Assembly (NCBI GenBank): GCA_964036045.1
Contig: OZ038378.1
Coordinates: forward strand, 17,670,001 to 17,734,000
Direction of reading: 5' to 3'
From: Eutreptiella sp. 'Long Island Sound 2002'
Lineage: Eukaryota > Protista > Euglenida
Length of the DNA stretch: 64,000 bases
Shown: piece after piece, positions 53,417-64,000 of the stretch
Layout: each line of letters begins with the position of its first letter
How positions within the stretch are numbered: the first letter of the stretch is position 1
Notes under the pieces: generated by a model
Seen by the model: only the letters and a program-made list of their open reading frames with translations
Database searches by the model: none
What the model was told of the DNA's origin: nothing
Made by a program: the position numbers and the translations under genes

Positions 53417-53790
53417 TGTGGGCGACCGCACCCTAGAACCGGCGGAGGAGGAGGCCCCTGGTTTGCAATTGGTGGGCGACCGCACCCAAGAACCGGCGGA
53501 GGAGGAGGCCCCTGGTTTACAAGTGGTGGGCGACCGCACCCAAGAACCGGCGGAGGAGGAGGCCCCAGGTTTGCAATTGGTGGGCGACCGCACCCAAGAA
53601 CCGGCGGAGGAGGAGGCCCCTGGTTTACCAATGGTGGGCGACCGCACCCAAGAACCGGCGGAGGAGGAGGCCCCTGGTTTACCAATGGTGGGCGACCGCA
53701 CCCAAGAACCGGCGGAGGAGGAGGCCCCTGGTTTACCAATGGTGGGCGACCGCACCCAAGAACCGGCGGAGGAGGAGGCCCCTGAGTTCA
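53417..53790. repeat. 54-bp tandem repeat, 7 copies
   Basis: gtgggcgaccgcacccaagaaccggcggaggaggaggcccctggttt.c.a at 54-bp spacing (about 53417, 53471 ... 53741); reads VGDRTQEPAEEEAPGL on +. Confidence 0.9.
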
Positions 53791-54053
53791 GAACGGACCC
53801 CCCACCCCAACTCACTGGCACCACGTGGTCCTAGTGAGTTGTGAGTAAGGTAGTAGTAAGGGTGGGGAGAGGTAAAAAGGGGCAAACCGGCGGGTCGACG
53901 GTTTCTCCTGGGGGGAAAACAGACCCATCCGCCCAAATCAAGGTAAACCGGACAGTAGGAGACTAAAGAACAAGGAGGAGCGACGGAATTGCGCACGTAG
54001 GTGGAGTTAGAACTCCTTGGGTCTGGGCCACCCGGGGAGTCTCCTGGCTACCA

Positions 54054-57000
54054 TTAAGCAGCAGAGTTTTTTTTTGCTGCCACTGAGCAATAGGCTTTTT
54101 TGTGGTCACTGAGCAGCGGAGTTTTTTTACTGCCACAGAACAGCAGGATTTTTACTGCCAAAGAGTGGTAGGCCTTCTTGCTGCCACCAAGTGGCGTGCC
54201 CTTTTTGCTGCCACTGAGCAATGTTTAGTTGTTGCCGCTAAGTAGCATGCCTTTTTGCTGCTACTGAGCGTCAGGTTTTTTTGCTGCCACTGAGTGACAG
54301 TTTTTTGACTACCACGGAGTTTTATTGGCACCAAACACTGCAGCCTTTTTGCTGTCACTACGCAGCACGCTTTCTGCTGCCACGGAGCAGTGTGTCAATT
54401 GGCTGCCACCGAGCGGCGTGCTTTCTAGCAGCATCAAAGTAGCAGGATTTTTGCTGCCACTGGGTGGCAGGCCTTTTTTGCTGCCACTGAGCGGCATGTA
54501 GGGGTAACCACAGAGTGCAGGCCTTTTTGCTGCAACTGGGTAGCAGGCCCTTTTCCTAGCGCTGAGCAGCAGGCTTTGTTGCTCTCAAAACCGTCAATAG
54601 CTGTAATTACGCAGCAAGCTATATGCTGCCAAGGAGCAGCAGGTGTTTTAGCTGCCGCTGAGTGGTGAAGCAACGTGCTGTCACAGAGTAGCAGGTTTTT
54701 TGCTGCCACAGAGTGGTGCAGCTTTGTGCTACCACGGAGCAGCAGGTTTTTAGCTGCCACAGTGCAGCGGACTCTACAGCTACCATGCAACAGAGCAGCA
54801 GGGTTTTGGCAGCCACTGTGCGGCTGGATTTTGCAGCCACTGAGTAGCAGGTGTTTTCCTGTCACACTGTAGCACCAGTAGTACCAGTTTTTGTTGCGAC
54901 TGAGCAGCAAGCTACTTGCTACTACTGAGCGAAAAGCTTTCTGCGGCCACTGAACACAAGTTTTTTTTTTACTGCCGCTAAGCAGCATGCTTTCCAGCTG
55001 CCACAGAACAGAGGTATTTCTAGGCGGCCACTAAGCAGAGGGACTTGAGCGGCCATGGAGGAGCGAGCATTTTTTGCTGCAGTTGGGGGTTTCTAGCAGC
55101 CACAAAACAGATGGCTTTTTTGGGGCCCCTGACAGGCAGGCTTCTTAGCAACCTCGGGATGCCAGGCCTTTTGTGGCCACAGAGCAGCAAGGTTTTTGGC
55201 TGTCACGAAACAACAAGCTTTTTTACAGCGAATGGGCAGCAGGACCATTGTGGTTGTAGAGCCGGCCCTAGGTCCGCTGGGGGACTAGTACCCAGAGTAG
55301 GGGTGCAAAGGAGGCAGCCCAAGGTCCACTGGGGGACTAGTACCCAGAGTTGGGGCGTGACTGAGACGGCCCTAGGTCCACTGGGGGACAAGTACCCAGA
55401 GTTGGGGCGCGACTGAGACGGCCCAAGGTCCACTGGGGGACGAGTACCAAGAGTTGGGGCGCAACTGAGACGGCCCTAGGTCCACTGGGGGACTAGTACC
55501 CAGAGTTGGGGCGCAACTAAGACGGCCCTAGGTCCACTGGGGGACTAGTACCCAGAGTTGGGGCGCGACTGAGACGGCCCTGGGTCCACTGGGGGACAAG
55601 TACCCAGAGTTGGGGCGCCACTGAGACGGCCCTAGGTCCACTGGGGGACAAGTACCCAGAGTTGGGGCGCGACTGAGACGGCCCTAGGTCCACTGGGGGA
55701 CAAGTACCCAGAGCTGGGGCGTGACTGAGACGGCCCTAGGTCCACTGGGGGACGGGTACCTAGAGTTGGGGCGCGACTGAGACGGCCCTAGGTCCGCTGG
55801 GGGACGAGTACCCAGGGCGCGACTGAGACGGCCCTAGGTCCACTGGGGGACAAGTATCCAGAGTTGGGGCACGATTGAGACGGCCCTAGGTCCGCTGGGG
55901 GACTAGTACCCAGAGTTGGGGCGCGACAGAGGCAGCCCTAGCTCCACTAGGGGACTAGTACCCAGAGTTGGGGCGCGACTAAGACGGCCCTAGGTCCACT
56001 GGGGGACGATTACCCAGAATGGGGTACGGTTGGGACGGCCCTGGGTCCACTGGGGGACTAATACCCAGAATTGGGGCGAGACAGAGCAGCAATTTTTGCG
56101 CTGCCACAGAGCGTCGTGTGTTTTGTGTTGCCGTAGTGAACGTATTTTAGTTCTGCCACACAGTAGCGTGTGGTGTCGGCTGCTACAGAGCAGCAGATTT
56201 TGACTGTTGCCATGGTGCAACGCTTTTTTAGTTTGTTTTTGTGTTTGTGCTATAATATTGTTTTTGGTGACTCTGTTTCTTGTGCGGCGTTTTTTTTTGT
56301 GCTATCACAATGCCGCGTTTTCCTTGTACAACCACAGTGCAGTGTGCAGTTTTTCAGTTTCTGCTGCCTCAGTGCGGCATGTTTTTTCAGTGCTGCCACG
56401 GTGCAGTGTGTGTTTTTTGTGCAGCCAGAGGGCGGCATGTTTGGGTTTTTTGCTTTGTGCTGCCTCAGTGCAGCATGTTTTTTGTGTGCTGCCGCAGGGC
56501 ATGGTTTTTTGTTGGTCTTGTTTTTTGATTTCTGTGCTACCACAGGGCAGCATGGTTTTTGTGCCGCCGCAGTGCAGCGTGTTTTTTGTCCAGCTGCAGC
56601 TGCAGTGCTGCAGTATTTTTTGTTTTTTTTTGTTTTTTTTTTGCAATGAGCGATGAGGGTTTTTTTGTTGTTGTTGTTTGTATTTGTTTTTTGTGATGCC
56701 ACATTGTTTTGGGCCCACCATTTCTAGTTCCGCGAGTGTCTAGTGCTGCCCCAGTGCAGCGCATTTGTTGTGCTGCTACAATGTAGCATATTATGGTGTT
56801 GCAATGCAGCGTGTTATGGGTGTTGCCACAGTGCATCAATTTTTTTTGGTTTTTGTTTTTTCTGCTACCAAAGCGCGGTGTGTTTTTGTGCTGTTGCAAT
56901 GCAGCGGTTTGTATGATGCCACATTGCAGCGGGCTTTTGGTTCTGCCGCGGTACAACATGTTTTTTTGTTGGTGTTGCCACAGTCCAGCTTGTTTTTGCG

Positions 57001-60000
57001 ATGCCGCAGTGCAGCGTGTTTTGTGTGCTGCCACACTGCGGCATCAAATTTTGTGCTGCCATGGCACAGCTTTTTTATGTAGCTGCCATAGTGCAGCATG
57101 AAATGGTGTGCTGCCACGGTGCAGCGCTTATTGCTGTGCTGCCATAGTGCGGCTTGTTTCGTGCAATGGTGCGGTGCTGCATGTTCTTTGTGTTGACATA
57201 GTGCTGGGTATTTGTGTGCTGCCACAGGGCAGCGTGTTTTTTTGTTCTGCCACAGTACAGCATTGTTTTTTTTTTGTTTTGTTAGTGCGGCCACGGTGCA
57301 GCTGTTTATCTTCCTTGTGTTTTCTGCTGCCGCAGTGCAGCGTATTTTTTGTGCTGCCACCGTGCAGCTTGTTTTTGTGATGCCGCACTGCGGCATGGTA
57401 TTTGGCGCTGCCACAGTGCAGTGTTTTTTGTGTTGCTGCCTATTTTTGTGCTGCCACTGTGCTGTGTGTTTTTTGAGCTGCCGCAGGGCAGCGTGTTATT
57501 TGTGCTGCCACAGTGCAGCGAGTGTTTTGTGCTGCTGCAGTGCTGTTTTTCTTTCTTTCTTTCTTTGGCTGCTACAGTGCCACAACAATCGGGACCAAAT
57601 GGTGTCATGGGCCCATTGGGAGCCCAATACCTCAGGTGCAGGTGGGGGTGCGGCTGGGATGCACCCCAAGTCCACTGGGGGACAGGTACCCAGAGTTGGG
57701 GTGCAACAGGGACACACCCTAGGTCCGCTGGGGGACGAGTACCCAGAGTAGGGGTGTGACAGCCACAAAGTAGTATGCCCTTTAGCCGCCACGGAGCATG
57801 CGGCTTTTTAGTAGCGACATGGTGGCATGCCTTTTTTGCTGCCACTGAGTAGCCGTCCTTTTAGCTATCGCTGATCGCTGATCGTTGGGCCTTATAGCTG
57901 CCACTGAGCAGTATGCTTGTTTGTAGCCATTGGCTTTTAGGCAGCCACGGATCATGGTTTTTTGCTGGCGCAGCGGGCTTTTTTGTTGCCGCGGCGGCAT
58001 GCCCTTTGCAGCCACTACTCAGCGAGCTTTTTGCTGCCGTTGAGCACCAAGGTTTTTGCTGCCACGAGGTAGCTGGCTTTAAGCGGCCACTGAGCAGCAA
58101 GCTATTGCTGAGCAGCAGGTTTTTTAGCAGCCACTGCGCGTGGGCCTCTTTGCTACCACTGAGTAGCAGGCCGTTATGCAGCCACCGGGCACCAGCCTTT
58201 TAAGCTGCATAGAGCAGCGGCGTCTGTTGCTATCATAGGGCAGCAGGGTATTTTGCTACCATTGAGCAGCAGGATTTTTGCAGCTTAAAAGTAACAGGGT
58301 TTTTGCGACCATTGAGTTGCAGGCCTTCTTGCTGCCACTGAGCGCCAGCCTTTTTTGGTGCATGGAGCAATGGGGTCTTTTGCTGCCATAGGGCAGCAGG
58401 GTTTTTTGTTGCCGCAGAGCAACGGGGCCTTTTGCTTCTTCTAAGCAGCTGGGTTTTTTGACTGCCAGTGAGCTTCTGACCCTTTTGCAGCCATAGAGCA
58501 GGAGAATTTTTGCTGCCATTGAGCAGTGGGCCTTTTCGCGGCCACTGGGCAGCATGCCTTTTTGATGCCACTGAGCAACAAGTCTTTAATTTGCAGCTAC
58601 GTAACAAGCTCCTTTGCTGTCACCGGGCAACAAGCCTCTTTGCTGCACCAAGGTAGCATGCTTTTATGCTGCCACCGAGCCATGGGCCTTATTGTTGCCA
58701 CAGAGCAGCATGTCCAATTACTACCACAGATCGCCAAAAATTTCTGCTGTTCTGAGCCACAGAGCCATAGAGCAGCAGGGTTTTTCTTAGCTGCCGCAGC
58801 ACAATGGGCCTTTGTGCTGCCAATGAGCAGGAGGGTTTTTGCTGCCGCAGAGCACCAGGCCATATTGCTGCCACACACTGGCGGCGTTTTTCGCTGCCAT
58901 TTAGCGGCAGGCTTTTTTGCTGCCCTAGGGCAGGTTTTGTTTTTCCTCAGTCACTGAGCAGCAAGCTTTTTCACAGCAACTGAGTAGCATGCTCTTTTGC
59001 TGCCACTGAGCGGCAGGCTTTTTAGCTGCAACTGAGTAGCATGCTCTTCTGCTGCCACTGAACAGCAGGCCTTTTTGCTGCAATAGAGTAGCATGCTCTT
59101 TTGCTGCCGCTGATTGGTAGGTTTTTATGGGCACTGGGCAGGAGGCCTTTTTCGCTACCACAGTGCGGCAGACCTTTTTGCTGCCATGAGCAGCAGAACA
59201 ATTTTTGGTTTCCTTTATTTTTTATTTTAATTTTTTTTTGCTGCCACCGAGCAGCATGTCCCTTTGCAGCCACTGAGCACCAGGCCATTGTGCTTCACTC
59301 GGCAGCGTGCTGTTTTGCTACCGTTGGGCAGCGGGGTTTTTTGTTTGCTGCCACTGAGCAACAGGCCTTTTTTGCAGCCACTCAGCAGCAGGTTTTTGCG
59401 TACCAGAGAGCAATATGTCGTTTTGCTGCCATTGTACCCCATGCTTTTTTGCCGTCACAGAGCACCCATTCTTTTTGCTGCAACTGCGTGGCATGCTGTT
59501 TTGCTGCCACTGGGCAACAAGCTCTTTTGCTGCAACTGAGCAGCGTGCTTTTTTGCTCCCACAGCGTGTCAGGCCTTTAGTGCAACCACGTGGCATGCTC
59601 ATTTGCTGCCACTAAGCAACAGGGCTTTTGCGGGCATAAGCAGGGGGCTTTTTGCTACCACACAGCAGATGGATCCTTTGCTGCCACAGAGCAGCATGTC
59701 TCTTTGCTGCCACTGAGCGCCAGGCTTTTTTGCGGCAAGTGAGGAGCATGCTCTTTTGCTGCCACAGAGTGTCAGGCTTTTTAGCAGCAACTGTGTGGCA
59801 TGCTCTTTTGCCGCCACTGAGCTGCGAGCTTTTTTCCTGCCGCAGAGCAGCGAGTCCTTTTGCTGCCACCGAGCAGCAGGCCTGTTTGCTGCACTGAGGA
59901 GCGGTCTCCTTAGCTACCATTGAACAGAAGGTCCTTTTTTTGCCGCCACTGAGCAACGGGCCTTTTTGCGGCCACTGAGAAGCGGAGTTTTTTACTGCCA

Positions 60001-63000
60001 CACAGCAGCGTGTTTTTTGCTGCCAAGGAGCGGTGGGCTTTCTTGCTGCCACGACGAGGCATGTTTTTTGGCTGCCACTGATCAACAGGCTTTGTTGTTG
60101 CCACTAAGTAGCATGCCTTTTTGCTGCTACTAAGCGTCAGGTTTTTTTGCTGCCACTGAGTGGCAGTTTTTTGCCTACCACAGAGCAGCATGTCGTTTTG
60201 CTGCCGCTAAACACCGCGCCTTTTTTGCTGTCACTACGCAGCACGCTTTTTGCTGCCACAGAGCATCGTGTCCTTTGGCTGCCATTGAGTGGCAGGCCTT
60301 TTTTGTTGCCATTGAGCATGCTCTTGTGTTGCCACTGAGCGCAAGCCTTTTTGCTGCAGATGTTTGTAGCAGGTGTTTTCCTGTCACTGTGTAGCCAGTT
60401 TTTGCTGTGACTGAGCGGCACGCTGCTTGCTACCACTGAGCAATAGGCTTTTTGCTGCCACTGAACGCAAGCTTTTTGGCTGCCGCTGAGCAGCATGCTT
60501 TCCTGCAGCCATAGAACAGAGGGCCTTTTGGCGGCCGCTACCCAGTGGGATTTTTGCGGCCACGGAGCAGCGGGCATTTTTGCTGCCACTCAAAAGCAAG
60601 CTTTTTGCTGCCGCCGGGGCTTTCTTGCAGCCACAGACCGGCAAGCTTCTTGGCAACTTCAGTGCGCCGGGCCCTTTGGTGCCACTGAGCAACATGTTTT
60701 TTTGCTGTCACGAAACAACATGCTTTTTTGCAGCCAATGGGCAGCGGGCCCTTTGCTGTCACAGGGCAGCGGGCCTTTCTTTTTTCTTTTTTCTTGTTTA
60801 TGCAGCCACTCAACAGAGGGGCTTTTTGCTGCCGCAGAGCAGCGGGTTTTTAGCTACAGCTGAACCGCGGGCCTTTTTGCCGTTGGGTAGCAGGCCTTTT
60901 TGCTGCCACTGAGCAGCAGGCTCCTTTGCTGCCATAGGGAGGCTCGCTCCATTGCTGCCGCTGACCAGAGTACCCTTTAGCTGCACTAGGTAGCACGGTT
61001 TTTCGCTGCCACTGAGCAGCAAGTTTTTTTTGCAGCTATTGGGCGGCAGGGTCTTTAGGTGCCACATAGCAAGGCAGTAGGGTGTTTTGCAACCATCGAG
61101 CGGCAAGCTTTTTGGTAGCCGCTGTGCAGCACGATGATTTGTAGCCACTGAGTACCGCGCTTTTTTGCGACAACCAACAGTGGGCCTTGTTGCTGCCACT
61201 GAGCAGCAGGACCTTTAGTAGCGGCTGAGCAACAGGTCTGTGTGCTACCGGTAAACTGCAGGCTTTTTTGCGACCAAGGACTAGCGAACCGTTTAGCTGC
61301 CACCAAGTGGCAGGTCTTGTTGCTGCCACTGAGCGGCATACCTTATAGTGGCCACTAGCTTTTTGGCAGCCACGCAGCTGCACGGCTCTTTGCCGCCCAA
61401 GAACCACAGGCTTTTAGTAGGTTTTTTGGAGCGGCGGGCTTTTTGCTGCCGCAGAGGAGCAAGCCCTCGTGCTACCACAGAGTGGCAATTTTTTTTTAGC
61501 TGCCACAGAGTAGCAGGTTTTGGCAGCCAAAGGGTGGCATGTCCTTTGGCTACCGCTGAGCTGCAGGGTCTTTTGCATTGAATGGTAAGCTTAGTAGTTG
61601 CCACTAGGCAGCGTGCATTTTTGCCGCCACCGAGCAACAGGTTTTAGCTGCCACAGGGCAGCCTGCCTTTCTGCTGCTACTTAGCAGCAGGGACTTTTGT
61701 TGCCATAGAGCGGCAAGCTTTTTAGCAGCCATTGGGCAGCAGTCTGTTTTTGCTGTCACCTAGCAGTGTGTTTTTATTTGCTGCCACCGAGCTGCAGGTT
61801 TTTGCAGCCACTGAGCGGCATGCCTTTCTGAAGCGACTGGCCAGCAGGGTCTTTTGCAGCTATTGAGCGACAAGCTTTTTAGTTGCCGTTTAAGGTGCCA
61901 CTGGGGAGCGGATCTTTTTGTGGTCACCTGGCCCACTCACAGCAGCAGGTTTTGCAGCCACTAAGCACAAGGTTATGCGGCCACAGAGCGGTGTGTCCTT
62001 TTGCTGCAGGTGTGCACGAGGCTTTTTTAGCTATCACTAGGTTAGGGCTTTTCTTTAGTTTTTGTTGCAGCAGGGCTTTTTGCTGTAAGTAAGCGTAAGT
62101 AAGCGGTGTGCTTTTTTGGTGCCGCTGAAAAGCATGCTTTACTGCTGCCGCTGAGCAGCATGCCATGCGGCGGCCACAGCACAGCACACCACAGAGTGGC
62201 AAGTTTTTAGCTGCCAGTAAGCAGCAAACTTATTGGCTGCCGCTCAGCAACAGGTCTTTTTGCTGCCATTGAGCAGCGTGCCTTTTTGCTGCCACTGAGC
62301 AGCAAGCTTTTTCGTTGCCAATGAGTAGCAGGTCTTTTTGCTGCCACTGAGCAGTGTACTTTTTGACAGCAAGCCTTTTTTGCTCCCGATGGGCCGCAAG
62401 CCTTTTAGCAGTGGCGGAGTCGCGTGTTTTTGCTGCCACTCAGCTGCATGCCTTTAGCTACCACCGCGCGGCGTGTCTTTTTGCTGCCGCTGAGCAGCAT
62501 GCTAAATAGCTGCCACTAAGCAGCAGGCTTTTCAGCCGCCACTAAGTGGCAGGCTTTTTGCTGCCACAGAGCATCAGGGATTTTTGTTGCGGCTGCGCAG
62601 CACCCTTTTTAGCAGCCGCAAAGTCGCAAGTTTTTGCTACCACTGAGCAGCATGCCTCTCTGCTACCGATGAGCAGCGTGCTTTCTAGCTGCCACTGCGC
62701 TGCAAGCTTTTTAGCTGCCACTGAGCGGCATGCCTTTTTGCTGCCACTGAGTAACAGATCCTTTGTTGCTGCTGTGCAACGTGCCTTATCACTGCCACTG
62801 GGTGGCAGCAGGCCCTGCTGCAGTTGCGCCGCAGCATGCCTTTCTACTGCCACTGGGCAGCAGGGGCTTTTGCTGCCACTGAGCGGCAATTCGTTTGGAT
62901 ACCAGTGAGCGGCAAGCGTTTTAGCTGCCATAGAGCAGCAAGCCCGTTAGCTGCCACTAAGTGGCAAGCTTTTCTGCTGCCATTGAGCAGCATACCTTTT

Positions 63001-64000
63001 TGCTGCAGCTCCGCAGCATGCTTTTTTGCTACCACTGAGTAGCGAGGTTTTTGACTGCTGCTAAGCGGCACTTTTTTTAGCAGTCACTGAGTAGCGGGCT
63101 TCCTTGCTGCTACTTTTTCTTGGCCGACACTGAGCACCAGGCTTTTTTGCTTTCACCTAGCGGTGTGCAGTTTGCTGCCACTGAGCAGGTTGGGGGTTGC
63201 CAGTGAGCACCAGCTTAAATGGCCACAGGGCAACATGTCCTTTTGCAGCCGGTGTGCAGCAGGCCTCATGATGGCGCTAAGCTGCAGGCTTTTTGGTGCC
63301 ACTAGCCAGCTAGTTTTTTGCAGTCACTAAGCAGCATGCTTTTTCGCTGCCACTGAGCAGCACGGCTTTCTGCTGCCACAGAGGAGCATGCCTTTCTGCT
63401 GCCATTGAGTAGTAGGGGCCTTTGTTGGAACTGAGTGGCAAATTGTTTAGCGACCGTTGAGCAGCAAACTTTTTAGCAGCCACTGGGCAGCAGGTCTTTT
63501 GTTGCCACTGCGCATCAAGCTTGTTAGCGGCCACTGAGTGGCAGGGTTTTTTGCAGCCACTGGGCAACATGCCTTTGTGCAGCCGCAGAGCAACAGGCGC
63601 TTTAGCCGTCTCTAAGTAGCTAGTTTTTGCTGCCACTGAGCGGCATGCCTTTTTGTTGCCGCTGAGCTGTATGCCTTTTTGCAGCCGCTGAGCAGCGCGT
63701 TTTTTAGCTGCCATCGAGCAGCAAGCTTTTTTGCAGCCACTGAGCGGCAGGCCTCTTTGCTGCCGCTGAGCACGGTGCCTACTTGCTGCCCCTGAGCAGC
63801 AGGTTTTTGTAGACACTGAGCAGCGGGTTTTTTGTAAGCACTAAGCAGTGGGCTTTTTTCCTGCTCTTCAGCAGCACCCCTTTGTGCTGCTGCTGAGCAA
63901 CAGAGGGTTGGATGCCACTGAACGGCGGCGGTCGCTTTTGCCGCCACAGGGCACCGTGGTGCAGTGCAGCAGGTTTCCTACTGCTGCAGTGCTGCGCAAG
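54054..64000. repeat. About 10-kb degenerate minisatellite, consensus TTTTT-GCTGC-CACTGA-GCAGC-AGG (variant subarray 56080-57580)
   Basis: gctgccactgagc(a/g)gc cores separated by T-runs recur throughout; 56080-57580 uses ctgccacagtgcagc variants. Confidence 0.9.
55264..56075. repeat. 52-bp tandem array (about 15 copies) nested in the minisatellite; related units at 57590-57770
   Basis: gagacggccctaggtccactgggggacaagtacccagagttggggcgcgact; ctgagac at 55361 and 55413. Confidence 0.9.

Noticed and set aside
54152-63947. Many K/A/C-rich short ORFs
   Set aside because: Translations of the minisatellite.

Overview
Eukaryotic, repeat-rich genomic DNA with spliceosomal-type introns. The microsatellite and intron style is reminiscent of euglenoid genomes, but this is an impression and cannot be verified from the window. 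Host genes are few: a 3-exon SET-domain (Rubisco-LSMT-like) methyltransferase (8253-11303, +) and one exon (about 15834-16198, +) with a CNF1/BLF1-type deamidase motif (TGPMSGC...HVG). About half the window is two decayed, minus-strand copies of one very large non-LTR retrotransposon (A 17177-33762, B 36816-51824). Each has the same layout: structured 5' end; 112-bp repeats; ORF0 (620 aa); an internally deleted relic of a related ORF2; ORF1; an in-frame Cys/His linker; ORF2 (APE, RT, RNase H-like, CCHC); a long repetitive 3'UTR; a conserved structured 3' block; and an (AATAAC)n tail. Both copies sit in a composite (GT)n/65-bp satellite and have different outer flanks. ORF0 and ORF1 share an unannotated domain of about 90 aa. 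Other features: a hAT-type MITE with an 8-bp TSD carrying a tRNA-Cys-like head, a Penelope-like RT fragment, a tRNA-like SINE head, chromodomain and RLE-like relics, 54-bp and 52-bp tandem arrays, and about 10 kb of hairpin-unit minisatellite running to the window end.
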